Counted from the stretch's first letter, positions 41,489 through 52,441 are shown. The stretch is DNA of 64,000 nt from Perkinsela sp. CCAP 1560/9 (GCA_965644495.1 CBFFSA010000003.1:248001-312000), one strand, 5' to 3'. Made by a program: numbers and translations. Notes: generated by a model from the sequence alone, not told the origin.

Positions 41489-42196
41489 CTAATCCCCTGC
41501 CAGAATATTCGCCGCCATTTCCACATCCCCACCCACCTGATCCAAAATATGCGCCATATCACTCACCGACACCGCAAACCCCATCTCCTGCAACGCACGA
41601 ACCTGTCCAACATACGGACCCGCACCCGTCGTCGATGAGATTGTGGTCGACAAACTCACCGACGGCGACATGGTCCCCACATTCCCCTCCCCCTCCTTTC
41701 CCTCCCCCCCTACGCTACTCCCCCCTGCCATCCCCTCCACCCTCCGCACGTACCTCCCCCTGTCGTGCCTCCACTCCCGGAGCGCGTCGACGTTCGCGGG
41801 GGCGTCGGCCTCGGAGGGGTCCGGGTCGGCCAGCAGCGACAGGAAGCTCAGCACGATCTTGTCGACCCCGAGCACGGGGCTCCACCGCAGGCAGTCCTCC
41901 CGGTTCCCCTGGGGCGGGTGCAGGATCGTCATGCAGACCCGCCCGTCGGGGTACACGTTGGGGTGCCAGAACGGGGAGGTGATGCGCATCTCGGGGGGCA
42001 TCATGGGGAAGTCCCGGGGGAAGGCCAGGGAGGCGGTGAAGGTGAGGCCGTGGTAGGGGGAGTCCGGGGGACCGCGCAGGGTGAGGTCCCAGGCGAAGAG
42101 GTTGGCCTCGGAGACGTAGGTGCAGGAGAGGACGCCGTCGGAGGGGGGGAAGGACTGCATCAGGGCCATGTTTTTTTGCAGCACGCGGTGGGCCAT
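41489..42196 (-). CDS. Ubiquitin-conjugating enzyme E2 (Ubc7/Cdc34-like) with C-terminal UBA
   Basis: 'GPPDSPY', 'WHPNVYPDGRVCMTILH', 'PANVDA'; UBA 'LQEMGF...GDVEMAANIL'. Confidence 0.92.
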   Translation of the reverse strand: MAHRVLQKNMALMQSFPPSDGVLSCTYVSEANLFAWDLTLRGPPDSPYHGLTFTASLAFPRDFPMMPPEMRITSPFWHPNVYPDGRVCMTILHPPQGNREDCLRWSPVLGVDKIVLSFLSLLADPDPSEADAPANVDALREWRHDRGRYVRRVEGMAGGSSVGGEGKEGEGNVGTMSPSVSLSTTISSTTGAGPYVGQVRALQEMGFAVSVSDMAHILDQVGGDVEMAANILAGD

Positions 42197-42451
42197 GGGG
42201 AGGGGAGCGGGGTGGAAAGGGGTTAAGGAAAAGAATGGGCGACAAAGATAAAGGAGAAGTGGAGTGAAAAATTTACTTTTTGAGAGTCATAACAATTCCC
42301 AAATCTTCTTTAATGTAATGTTCGAATAACCATTAAAAAAAGATGGGTACCGACCACAGTTTCGTTATCCAATAAGGGATGAACCACTCACACGTTGCAT
42401 GCTTCATCCACGTCGCACATCCACGGGGATTTGGCTACACCTCCAACGACC

Positions 42452-43798
42452 TTAAATAAAATCGTCCTCGAGATCAAACGCGTCCTTACTGTCCTGCTCA
42501 TGCACTTCGCCTTGCTCCAGCTCTTCCAGTTGTACAAAATCAATTTGATACCGAAGCAAACCTCCAATCCCACCGAACCCACGCACAAACTGCGCCCCCT
42601 CTTGGCTTCGGTTCGTGACAAACTCCAGCGTGCAGCCGTACTTCCGGTACTTCTCTGCGAGGTGTTCGACGAGGGAGCCCGACTCGACCTCGAGCGTACA
42701 AAGCCCAGTCTCCGGGTCTCGAGTAAAATCCTGTTTAGCAGCCTCCGCTGCACTCATGTCGTACTCGGTCACCGTACCCGTATTGGGGTCTGTTACCTCA
42801 AAATGCTTCGTAGCGAGCTCCTCCCACACAATAAGTGTCTCCACGGCACCCATACGTAGTGCTTTCATGGTATCCTTTACGGAGTAGCAATACCGATTGG
42901 TGTTTTGCGCAATTTCCTCCATAAATTTTTGCAGCAATTTCTTCTCTTGCACAAGTTTCACCCCCGCGAGCACAGGGCCGCTGAGATCAATTGCTTGGTT
43001 CAGCCCCACCTCCCCGGGGTGGGCAATATCCAGCACGGCGACGATCACGGCACGTAGCCGGGGGTCAAACAGGTCAGAGCCCGCGAGGACGTCTTTAAAA
43101 TCCGCGCTACCGGCCAGAACGAGACCAGAAATATTTGGACGATCGACGGCAATAAAAAACTGTGTCGCGAGCTCGGCGACTTTATGCACGTAGTTGTGTC
43201 GACGCTCCTCACGGATGCGTGCGAAACGGTTTTTACTTTGTCCCCCGCGTCCGTGTTTCTTTGGGAGATCCACGGCGAAACGGTGCAGGACATCGCGCTG
43301 GCTGCCCTGTACGGTAGCGTAGAGAGTCCCGGAGCCGTCGATAATAATAAACCCGAATTTGTCATCGCTTTCGAGCATTTTACGAAGCTCGTCGGTGTGG
43401 AATTTGTTGTCGCAGTGGTACATGCTGCGGGTGACGGGTTTAACGGGCTCAAAGTCGAAGGTGATTTTCTTCTCCTTGTTGTCCTCGGTGAGTACAGTGC
43501 CGCAGTACACAATAAGGCCATTGGGGGGTACCCCACGGTACATTTTTAGCCGACCCAGACACGCGGTGATGGCTGTCTGCACGGAGTTCCGGTTGCTTGC
43601 TGATTTAATGTTCGAAGCGGTGCCATGCTCCTCCGTAAGCTTTGTAGTCATTTTGGTGAGCTGATCTCGGGGAGTGAGGTAAAGGGAAATGACGGAAGTT
43701 CCGTTTCCTTTGGCAGCTTCCAGGTTTTCAATTAGCTTCTTTAGGCGCCATCGTTGCACCGCCTTGTCGCTTTCTTCGACAGATTTATCGTCTGACAT
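42452..43798 (-). CDS. ETF1: Eukaryotic release factor 1
   Basis: GTS, TASNIKS, YHCDNKF, KKHGRGGQS, 'GFGGIGGLLRY'. Confidence 0.98.
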   Translation of the reverse strand: MSDDKSVEESDKAVQRWRLKKLIENLEAAKGNGTSVISLYLTPRDQLTKMTTKLTEEHGTASNIKSASNRNSVQTAITACLGRLKMYRGVPPNGLIVYCGTVLTEDNKEKKITFDFEPVKPVTRSMYHCDNKFHTDELRKMLESDDKFGFIIIDGSGTLYATVQGSQRDVLHRFAVDLPKKHGRGGQSKNRFARIREERRHNYVHKVAELATQFFIAVDRPNISGLVLAGSADFKDVLAGSDLFDPRLRAVIVAVLDIAHPGEVGLNQAIDLSGPVLAGVKLVQEKKLLQKFMEEIAQNTNRYCYSVKDTMKALRMGAVETLIVWEELATKHFEVTDPNTGTVTEYDMSAAEAAKQDFTRDPETGLCTLEVESGSLVEHLAEKYRKYGCTLEFVTNRSQEGAQFVRGFGGIGGLLRYQIDFVQLEELEQGEVHEQDSKDAFDLEDDFI

Positions 43799-44202
43799 GT
43801 GGAAGAAATAGTGTGTGAACGTATGTTCTTCTAATTTTGTTTGTTGATAAGTATTGAGATTTTTCCCAAATGCCTCTTGAGTCTCATACTCACTATGTAA
43901 AAACTGTGTATATTTTAATCGAGGCTTTACTATTCTACTTTCCCAATACAGTGTAATTGGCCGATCACGCGCACTATTTTATTACGAGGAGCGAAACAGT
44001 AATGTAAACGAAGGGTCACAGTTTAGCCACATAACTTATCCACTAAATCGGAAAGGACCATCCTAATAACACCGTATTCAAATATTCAAGACATTATTCG
44101 TATTTCTTTCATACTGCTCTTCTGCCTTATGTTAGTCAAAAGTTACAAGTTTCCTTTCTCTCTTACACCAACTGACGCGTGTGCGTAATATTAACACGGG
44201 CT

Positions 44203-44307
44203 TTACTTGCTGCGTTGACGCATCTTTCGTCGTCGTCGCTTCAATCGCTGCAGTCTCTTCTTTCTCCATTTCGGGCGCATGCCTCGCGGGCGTGAGATTG
44301 TTCCCAT
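44203..44307 (-). CDS. RPL41: Ribosomal protein eL41 (eS32) with short N-terminal extension
   Basis: MGTISRPRG-MRPKWRKKRLQRLKRRRRKMRQRSK. Confidence 0.92.
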   Translation of the reverse strand: MGTISRPRGMRPKWRKKRLQRLKRRRRKMRQRSK

Positions 44308-44681
44308 GAAATAGATTTTTAAAGTCTTATTAAGAACCACGTAAATGAACGTGTCTAAGCACAACTGCAAAGTCAAAATACAAAATATGATAAACGCTAT
44401 GATTTCCAAAGCATACAGACGAGTAAAATAAGGTTAAGACATTATGTAAGGAAACTTTGCAGTCACACTACAGAGTAGATTTTTAGCGGAAAAAATTATT
44501 AAGAATTTAGAATCAAATTCATTTTGAACATCGCTACGATAAAATAAAATGAATTTAGTAAAGCTACATACAAATAGTCGATGTGTTAAATACTCCATCT
44601 CAATAACGCTGTTTTCTATGACGAGAGAGTCCTTCACCTTATTTACCTTACCATGCTATCTACAAACTTGTACAGCTAAAC

Positions 44682-47600
44682 TCACAAAGCTTCTTCTTCA
44701 CTCTTTTGTGAAAAGCCTTCCTTCTTTTGTGGCTGTATCTCCATAAGCGCGACAGAGGCACTGATCTGCTTTTCCGATTCCTCTGAAAATTCACACACTT
44801 GATTAATCGCGGATTCTAAATACCGCTTCATTTTTTGTGCTCGGGTTCGAGTTCCCATACAAAGTTGAACCGCACTGCCTCCATTGCCGTGCTTGTTCAA
44901 CAATCCCTGCGCGGTCTCCGATGGCAACACAGCCAGTGCGCTGGTGACGGCACGAGCAAGCTGATCATCGATAGCTAAATTTCGCTCCTCCTCTGAACTC
45001 TCCGGCTCAATCACGTCATTTTCCTCCAGAAATTGTTGCACAAATTTGTGCGCTAAAACATCCTGTGGGATCCGGAGTGTGTTACATGGGGATCGCTCAA
45101 ACTGTTCGACAATACGAAAATACAGATGAGATAAGCGCAGCATAAATGTACTTCGCGGGTATCGAAATTTCCAGTGCCGGGGGGTCACGACATCAATGGT
45201 ACACGTGAGATCACTGTGCACAACGAACGGACGAACGGCGAAATCCGAACCTCGAGTGTGGGATCTCATCAATCGTACTTTCGCGAGGCCAGCGTAGGCG
45301 TCGGTGACCACGCGGGTGGATCTTGAAGAAAACCATAGATAGCGAGGAATGGTCTCTTCTCCGTTTACATGGTAGCGGGAAGGAGAGACTGTGTGCAGCA
45401 GAGGTCGTACAAAACTACGCGGGAGTCGGTAATACCACCACGTGGCACCGACCAGTCGATGGTGCGCGAGGGAGGCACGAAGTGCGGAGTGGAGATACAA
45501 ATTGGGTACACACAGGGAAATGGATTTTTGGAGCAACGCATGTGGGTCGCGTTGTTCGATTTGATTTACGGCGGTGGTAAGGCTCTTGGCCGTGAGATCG
45601 ATGAGTCTATTTGAAGAAAATGTGATCCCCGGGAGTTGTGAGTAGAGTAGGGGGTACAGTCGTAAATGGGAGCACTGTCCGTTGCGCAGGAAACTGTCTA
45701 AAATTTCTGCGTATTGTGCGGTTAATTCTTCAGTGAGTAGTTCAATGTGCTTCGAGATGTAGGAGGGAACGGATAAAATATTTTTCGATACCTCATCCTC
45801 CCAGAGCAAGGGGAGGGAGAGAGTATGAATAGGTCTCTCGACTTGATCGTCTAAAAGGAGATGCATTTCCGATACATGCTCTTCTTCTAAATTTGTTTCT
45901 CCTTGAGGCACGTTGACCTGCTTTTCTAAAACCGCATACGGTGTGCTGAGGGTATTATACCGTCCTGTGGGTATCCATGAGCGAGGACCAAAGAAGAACC
46001 AGCGCCGATACCCCTTTTCAAAGGTTTGTCCTTCAATGTCTTCGGGAAGTACATCTAGGGAAACATGCGGTAGGGTGCGCAGTGGATAAAAATCGTTCAC
46101 TTCAGTATTTTCTTGTAATAGGCGTGATGGTGGATACGTATGATGGAGGGCGAGCGCTCTTCGTAGTACCTTTTCCAATCTTCCTTCTCGAAACATGACT
46201 TTAGGTAACTTGGGAAGGTACTGGAGTAGATATCTTTCCTCGATACTCAGCATATCCTTTTTGTCTTCCAATAACATGGACACAGTAACGTAGAGTGGCA
46301 TCATCAATGGGTCAGTTGCAAGAAAGAAATCAACGAGTCTCATCATCACCGGCATGCATGAATCTTCTCGGAACGCCCCAACAAACATAAATGAATTCCA
46401 TGCATGCGCATACGCACCTTGCACGACATAAGGGTCTGATGATGATAAATGTGTCGCCAGTTCTTCAGATTGCGTGGCTACTAGTGGCAGCACCAGTCGA
46501 CTCATTGTTAGAAATTTGTCTCCAGCATTTCTGCCTGAAAAATACTCATGTAGCCAGTATCGTGCCAGACCTTGTAGCACCTGTCGGGCACCCGTTTCCC
46601 CACAAGCAGCCATGGCGACGCTAGTAACATCGTTAATCCCCTGGTAGTACTGCCAGCTCATGTCCACCCCCATGCTCTGCTCTAGTATTTCGCGCAACAT
46701 TTTTTGATTTACGTTCTCGTAGTTCGTTCGAGGAACATCTGCGCCTATAATGGCTCTCTCCGCCGGTTTTCCTCTACTAAACTCCATGTAAGATATGGAT
46801 CGGCGCATCAACAAAGGCCATGCAAGCCTTCTCTGCTCTTCTGACAAACCCTTGTCGATAGCTTGCTGGCGAAGCACACTTTCACTAGGAGCAAATTCTT
46901 CAAAATGTTCATGCTCCACCTGCCGTAACATGTCACAATGATCAGCAAAGCGGTCTCGGTTAAAGACTACGAAAGGGCTCGATCTCCAACGCAAAGTGTT
47001 ACCCCACAAAGAAGGTTTTACGCGTGAGCATTCCATCACTAAATGCATAACAGAGGTCCGCGTGACTTTTTTCGTGAGATCACCAAGATCCACAATCACA
47101 TTGTTCTGCTCCTCTGGGGATAAGCGTATATCCATGGCGTAAAACAGGTCCTTATCCGCAGCGTCCGGTAGCCCAGCAAAAAATTGAAGCTGACATTCGG
47201 CCCTCATATGGGGCACCGTATTCCACTGCACGGAGAGTTGCTCCGTTGTATCAAAGACGGGCATCCGTAATTTTCCAGCATTTCTACCCGATAAACATAA
47301 CTGAGGAGCCGGTGTGGTAAACGCCGCCACAGATTGTGGTTCAGCCGGCATCCAAATATCAAAAGAATGCGTACTCGGGGGTAAATTTCCCACTCGAAGC
47401 ACCAGACGGTACTGTCCAGGGCTTCCTTCCCTGTCCGGCAAGAGAATCCTCCAACGATGAGCAGATGTCTGTTCCCGCAAACTCGCAAGAAGAAATTCCC
47501 GAACCTGTAGTTTACCCTCATTGCAAGGAGCAGTGACTCCCTGTGCGGTTCCAAAGTTTGAGTCAATCGCAATGTCCCTTAAGGTCTCATAATTCCGGCT

Positions 47601-48314
47601 TCCTGGTGCACGATACTCCACGAACAGTGTACTGGAAGCGACCCTCTCTGGAGATTGTAACCGGAAAATAAAACTAAACTCCACGGCGTGCGTGTGGAAG
47701 TCGACCGTCGAATAAGGAGCTGCCGTAAAAATCGGATTGTGCACGACCTCCGAAGAATGGATTTCGCCCTCGGTAATTACAGAAAAAGGAGGTGAAATTT
47801 CAGTGCCCACTTTGATAATATATTTTCCAGGCTGTAGGGATGGGGGAAGAGGGCAAGCCTCAGTGACCTCATCTAGTCGTCGATCGCAGGAAACACACTG
47901 AAGTTTGTGGCTTTGGAGCCATGGCATGGGAATCTTCTCGTCGAATGGACAGATCCGCTGCCTGGACTCCAGGCGGTTGTCCTCAAAAGGGAGCTCCGAC
48001 ACAGGAGGGAGGTTCCCGTAGGCCTCGACGGATCTTCCTTTCACAAGGATGCTATCCCCCACGCAGGCAAAGGGTCCTACTTTGTCATCGTAGCCCGGGG
48101 CCTCGATCGATAAGTCTGTGTACTCTGTCCAGTGCGGGATATGATATTTCGGGCGAGTAAGAATGTGACTTAAGAGCAACCCCTCATGGGTGTCGAGGAG
48201 GCGTGAGGCCTCGTGTTTCGAGAGATGATAATCCTGAAGGAGTTGCTCATGGGAATCGCGGGAGAAAACAGCATCTCCGGTGGACACTAAATGAAGGAAT
48301 ATCGGTAGAAACAT
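44682..48314 (-). CDS. 1210-aa protein with central TBC (Rab-GAP) domain, TBC1D20-like
   Basis: 'GLSEEQRRLAWPLL', IxxDxxR (IGADVPR), YYQG, 'RLVDFFLATDPLMMPLY'. Confidence 0.8.
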   Translation of the reverse strand: MFLPIFLHLVSTGDAVFSRDSHEQLLQDYHLSKHEASRLLDTHEGLLLSHILTRPKYHIPHWTEYTDLSIEAPGYDDKVGPFACVGDSILVKGRSVEAYGNLPPVSELPFEDNRLESRQRICPFDEKIPMPWLQSHKLQCVSCDRRLDEVTEACPLPPSLQPGKYIIKVGTEISPPFSVITEGEIHSSEVVHNPIFTAAPYSTVDFHTHAVEFSFIFRLQSPERVASSTLFVEYRAPGSRNYETLRDIAIDSNFGTAQGVTAPCNEGKLQVREFLLASLREQTSAHRWRILLPDREGSPGQYRLVLRVGNLPPSTHSFDIWMPAEPQSVAAFTTPAPQLCLSGRNAGKLRMPVFDTTEQLSVQWNTVPHMRAECQLQFFAGLPDAADKDLFYAMDIRLSPEEQNNVIVDLGDLTKKVTRTSVMHLVMECSRVKPSLWGNTLRWRSSPFVVFNRDRFADHCDMLRQVEHEHFEEFAPSESVLRQQAIDKGLSEEQRRLAWPLLMRRSISYMEFSRGKPAERAIIGADVPRTNYENVNQKMLREILEQSMGVDMSWQYYQGINDVTSVAMAACGETGARQVLQGLARYWLHEYFSGRNAGDKFLTMSRLVLPLVATQSEELATHLSSSDPYVVQGAYAHAWNSFMFVGAFREDSCMPVMMRLVDFFLATDPLMMPLYVTVSMLLEDKKDMLSIEERYLLQYLPKLPKVMFREGRLEKVLRRALALHHTYPPSRLLQENTEVNDFYPLRTLPHVSLDVLPEDIEGQTFEKGYRRWFFFGPRSWIPTGRYNTLSTPYAVLEKQVNVPQGETNLEEEHVSEMHLLLDDQVERPIHTLSLPLLWEDEVSKNILSVPSYISKHIELLTEELTAQYAEILDSFLRNGQCSHLRLYPLLYSQLPGITFSSNRLIDLTAKSLTTAVNQIEQRDPHALLQKSISLCVPNLYLHSALRASLAHHRLVGATWWYYRLPRSFVRPLLHTVSPSRYHVNGEETIPRYLWFSSRSTRVVTDAYAGLAKVRLMRSHTRGSDFAVRPFVVHSDLTCTIDVVTPRHWKFRYPRSTFMLRLSHLYFRIVEQFERSPCNTLRIPQDVLAHKFVQQFLEENDVIEPESSEEERNLAIDDQLARAVTSALAVLPSETAQGLLNKHGNGGSAVQLCMGTRTRAQKMKRYLESAINQVCEFSEESEKQISASVALMEIQPQKKEGFSQKSEEEAL

Positions 48315-48747
48315 GGAGTGAGCCTCGTGTTAAATCACGCGATCAAAATGAGCTCTAATGATAATTTTTATGTAAGAAATGCAGTGGATTGATAACGTAT
48401 GAATATTTGTTGAGTGACATCTCTATTGTAAGACACACGGCGTAAATATTGCTTAAGCTGAAAGGCTTAAAAGGTTTTAATCTATTTATTTTTGTTAATT
48501 CCACAGATAAAACATACAGACGATAAAAAGGTAAAAAAAAAGTCGTAAAGAAGTCGACTCTCTTTTCCGTGTTGCAAGGGTTCCCAAAAAGTGAACGACG
48601 CGAATATGAATGTGCAAGTATAACAAACATGAATCAGAAGCATGACTATGTCTCTGAAGAAGAATAGCGAATTGTCGAGAGATCATATCCCCCATGTCAT
48701 TGTAAATCACATACCTCCGATGCGCTGAATACTGGTTTGGCTTGTTT

Positions 48748-50163
48748 CTATGATTGAGTTACGGGAGAAAATTTTGTGACCTGAGGAGCGAAAGGCGTGG
48801 GAAAAGAACTTTTCGTTTGTGGATTGCTAGGATTCGAAAACGTTGAGTACAAATTAATTCGGTTCCCATGTGTTGCGTGTCCACTATTTTTTGATTCTGA
48901 TTTAGGAGCCGTGGGATCTCCTGTCGGTTGCGCCGGGGCGCCACAAAATTTGGTTGCAAAAGTTTCACTGGAATGATTTTGAGTGCTTGGCTGCGGTACG
49001 TCCTGATCGAGTTTTACTGCTTTCTCCATTTGTGGTATTATTTTTGCTCCATTCCTACCGAGGTCCATGTATCCCAGACCGTTAATCTGAGCCTGGTGTA
49101 GCGCCAGGCGAAGCATTCCGTATCGTAGAGGAGTAACGAATCGCCCCAGGTTAAGGCGATCCTCATACGGATCCTCAATACAGAGACGGTAAAAGAAGGC
49201 ATTACCGTCTCCTCTCATCTTCTCCTCGTCTTGAGAGGTCCACTCAAGGTCAGCTTTTTTCGTCTTGCTCGGACGACTCAGTGTCACTACGTCGTTTGAA
49301 AAGTCAAATTCATGGTTATAAAAAGTAAGAAAATCACGCATGTGAAATCCAAGTTCGTTGCGTTGCTCTTCCAAATCGAAAACGCTGTATTTCGGAAGAA
49401 CAGGCTCCTGAGTTGGTACCGTAATACTCTGTGGATCAATAAAATTCATCTTTGATCGCTGTATCATGTAGTAGCACAGTAGAATATTAAGCGCATAGGA
49501 CGTGAGGTAGGCTTGTGCTGGATCAATAAGCCCCGTTCTTTTACCCCAAACCTTTATCGCAAGTGACATGAAACGAAAAAACGAATTAGAGGACCCGGAA
49601 AGTGTAGAGTTACTCGACACGAACGGCTGTGCTAAATAATTTCGTAGCAAAAGGCTGTTTCTTACACCATTTCTGCGGTTGGCGCTGATGTCTATTTCTT
49701 GCCCATTTTTCATAACACATCTAACGTATGGAACACGTGCACGAGGCTTTTCTTGGATCGCAGAGAAAGTCTCTGTATATCGCATCAGAGTTTTCGCCAC
49801 TAAATTGAGCACAAAATTTTGTTCTGAGCGCGACTGTGAAGTACTTGGGTCTCCAACAGAGGGAGGTTGCTTCAAATCTTTCTCGGTGAGTAGTACACAA
49901 TCGACATCACTTTTGGGCTCGACTACACTATTGACTACACAGGACCCGAAGAGGTAGAGCTTCGCTTTGTGCACACGCAATATGTCGGATAATTTGGAGG
50001 TCAATACACTGTGGGTGTCTCGAATACGATCCATGCATTGCGGGTCCCTGTCAACGAGGCTGAGCAAGGCTCGATGTGTGGCCGTGCTCCAAGGCGAGAG
50101 ACACTCATCTGGAATGCAAACTCGTTGCCGAACAACTTTCTCCCAAGATCCGTCAAAATTCAT
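48748..50163 (-). CDS. TUT4: Terminal uridylyltransferase, TUT4-type
   Basis: 'LFGS...SDVDCV', 'RARVP', 'RRNGVRNSLLLRNY', 'TSYALN', 'LCIEDPYEDRLNLGRFVTPL' follow trypanosomatid TUT4 closely. Confidence 0.85.
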   Translation of the reverse strand: MNFDGSWEKVVRQRVCIPDECLSPWSTATHRALLSLVDRDPQCMDRIRDTHSVLTSKLSDILRVHKAKLYLFGSCVVNSVVEPKSDVDCVLLTEKDLKQPPSVGDPSTSQSRSEQNFVLNLVAKTLMRYTETFSAIQEKPRARVPYVRCVMKNGQEIDISANRRNGVRNSLLLRNYLAQPFVSSNSTLSGSSNSFFRFMSLAIKVWGKRTGLIDPAQAYLTSYALNILLCYYMIQRSKMNFIDPQSITVPTQEPVLPKYSVFDLEEQRNELGFHMRDFLTFYNHEFDFSNDVVTLSRPSKTKKADLEWTSQDEEKMRGDGNAFFYRLCIEDPYEDRLNLGRFVTPLRYGMLRLALHQAQINGLGYMDLGRNGAKIIPQMEKAVKLDQDVPQPSTQNHSSETFATKFCGAPAQPTGDPTAPKSESKNSGHATHGNRINLYSTFSNPSNPQTKSSFPTPFAPQVTKFSPVTQS

Positions 50164-50287
50164 TACAGTGATAAAGATGAGATGTAGACGCTATGTGAGT
50201 GTGGTGAAAGTTATTTCGTGGCAATAGAAAGCAGAAATATTGTACTGAATAAGTATAAAAATAATACCGAAAGAACGATTCATTACT

Positions 50288-52441
50288 TTAGACACAGGCC
50301 CCGTTATTCATATCACTGGTACGATGATGGTATAGCGGAGAAAAACTAGTCACAAAAGGATGAGCTGCAATGTCACGAGCTGTGAGACGACTTTTTTGCT
50401 CATAATGGAGCAACCCTTGCAAAAGAGAGAGAAAAGCTGCTGCTACATGTGCGTTTCCGCAGCATCTCTCGACGAAATCCGGCAAGGAGCGCATACGACT
50501 AAGCTTTATACAACTACTAGACAGAGGAGGCCGTAACGCGGAGCCACTAAAAAACCCTTTTGCTTCAGGAGAGCAGTTTCTAACCCAATCGCTCGGCAAC
50601 GGTCCCAAGATACGCTGCATCATGTGAAGGTGCTCCAGGTTGTCATGGGTCTCGAAGAGCAGTTTCCCTGTCAGCATTTCGACTAGGATGCACCCTACGC
50701 TCCACATATCCGCGGGATACATCCAGCCGAGACCTAAAATAACTTCCGGAGCCCTGTAGTGTCGGGTGGATACGATCGCGTACTTCGCGTGTGTCTCCTC
50801 CGTGCATCCGCCCAGATCACATATCTTAAGCCGAAGAGGGGCTCCTGCGTGATTGGCCGGGGTAAAATTACATTCCAATGACAACACGTTCTCCGGTTTT
50901 AAATCCGTATGCATCAGTCGCAACCGAGAGTGTAGGAAGTCAAGACCGCGACCCAACTCGTAGGCTAAGTCCGCCACATGGGCAATCGAAAAAGGGCCAT
51001 GTTTTTGTAAAAGCTCCAACGCGCAGGGACCGTATCGCGGCATCACAATGCACATATGCCCCCCGGCGTTCAAAAAACTTTTCCATGGCTTAATAAACGG
51101 CTCGGTATCCGACGGATCGGCCAACGCAATACGCTGCATGTACTGCACCTCAATTGTCGCATCCCGGGTGTATTTCGGAATGTTCCGGACGATTTTCACT
51201 GCACAATACTGCCGTCGTTTCCGGTCCCAGCACTCGACGACCTTCCCGAATGTTCCTTGCCCCAGCAAGGATAGAATTTTAAACCGCCCCTCGCCGGGGT
51301 CCGCGTCCTCTCCCAGCACCACATAAAAGTGTCCCTGCTCCATGCATTGATTCGGTAGCGCATAGGTTACTTTTTTTCGTGTCTGTGATGAGGCCAGCGG
51401 GACTGCAGCCCTTTGTTCCCCATTATTTTCTACATTTGTGCTTTTGTCTGCCACTGCGCTCGCAACCCCATTCGAGGGTACAGTCGGGTGCATTAACGTT
51501 TGAAACGCAGGAGGGGGCGGAGGGAGACGACGAGGGGTAAGTCCCATCTCCTCTCTTTGTGGCTTTCTATTTTCCTGTGGGGTTTGCTGTACCGAAAACA
51601 CATTTGTTGGCATTCGTGGAGTCTCATGCATTCGTGAAGTCTCATGCCTTCGTGGAGTCTCATGAATTTTTAATGTCTCATGCATTCGTAAAGTCTCATG
51701 CCTTCGTGGAGTCTCATGCCCTCTCTCTTCTCGAGGCGTTGCCAAATTGAGCTTCCCTTTATTACGTGTTGGATGGAACTCGAGTCGAGAAAGCTCTTGT
51801 GGGTCTCGAGGCGTCATGGGGAACACAACACCTCGAGGGGTCGTGTTGGGGTCCCCTGTTTTCACTGTGCCTTGAAAACGGTTTTGAGGGTTTCCATGAA
51901 ACTCAAAAGGGAAGGCTGGATGAGAGGCTTGGGGAGGAGGAGCAGCGTCGGGAGCGTTTCCTCCGGGAAACAAAGGAAGAGGAGGAGCCGGGCCTCGAGG
52001 GGGTAGAACGTTAAGGTTTCGTCGAGACGCCCTCGGGGAGACCAGCGGCGCTGTGGTCTCTGTTGGGTTCACACGGGACCAGTAGGCTGGGGGCATGGTG
52101 TGCCATGCGGATTTAGAGGGATGGGTTTGGGCGAGTTTGGAGGGGTGGAGACGCGCTCGTGGCGTGAGCATGGAGTGAGAGGTCTCGGGATGAGGAAGAA
52201 GGGGGTTCGGGGGAAACAACCCCCCGATGCGGGACTCTCGAGTAGTGAAGGCTCCGTTGAGCTGAGCGCGAGGCGTGTGACGTGCACTGTTTGTAGCATT
52301 GGAAGAAGAAGGGGGGTGGAGGGAGAGTTTCTCCACGCGGTCGAGTGCGAGGTTGGGTATGGCGGGTGGGGCGGTGTTGGGTCTTCGCGCGCGGAGAGGC
52401 CGACGGATGGGGTCAGGAATGCGATCGGCGACGTGTTGCAT
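50288..52441 (-). CDS. CLK1: CLK/LAMMER kinase (KKT10/KKT19-like) with long disordered N-terminus
   Basis: 'LGQGTFGKVVECWD', 'HTDLKPEN', 'CDLGG', 'VSTRHYRAPEV', 'EHLHMMQRILG'. Confidence 0.9.
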   Translation of the reverse strand: MQHVADRIPDPIRRPLRARRPNTAPPAIPNLALDRVEKLSLHPPSSSNATNSARHTPRAQLNGAFTTRESRIGGLFPPNPLLPHPETSHSMLTPRARLHPSKLAQTHPSKSAWHTMPPAYWSRVNPTETTAPLVSPRASRRNLNVLPPRGPAPPLPLFPGGNAPDAAPPPQASHPAFPFEFHGNPQNRFQGTVKTGDPNTTPRGVVFPMTPRDPQELSRLEFHPTRNKGKLNLATPREERGHETPRRHETLRMHETLKIHETPRRHETSRMHETPRMPTNVFSVQQTPQENRKPQREEMGLTPRRLPPPPPAFQTLMHPTVPSNGVASAVADKSTNVENNGEQRAAVPLASSQTRKKVTYALPNQCMEQGHFYVVLGEDADPGEGRFKILSLLGQGTFGKVVECWDRKRRQYCAVKIVRNIPKYTRDATIEVQYMQRIALADPSDTEPFIKPWKSFLNAGGHMCIVMPRYGPCALELLQKHGPFSIAHVADLAYELGRGLDFLHSRLRLMHTDLKPENVLSLECNFTPANHAGAPLRLKICDLGGCTEETHAKYAIVSTRHYRAPEVILGLGWMYPADMWSVGCILVEMLTGKLLFETHDNLEHLHMMQRILGPLPSDWVRNCSPEAKGFFSGSALRPPLSSSCIKLSRMRSLPDFVERCCGNAHVAAAFLSLLQGLLHYEQKSRLTARDIAAHPFVTSFSPLYHHRTSDMNNGACV
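51612..51720. repeat. 18-bp coding tandem repeat x6 (HETPRR-type)
   Basis: Unit ttcgtggagtctcatgcc and variants. Confidence 0.9.

Noticed and set aside
42452-43798. Stop-codon reassignment suggested by in-frame stops in transposases and eRF1 NIKS-A
   Set aside because: Conserved genes end normally at TAA, TAG (HUS1) and TGA (LSG1, RPL13A) with no internal stops; eRF1 keeps GTS, NIKS, the Ser70 equivalent and YxCxxxF.
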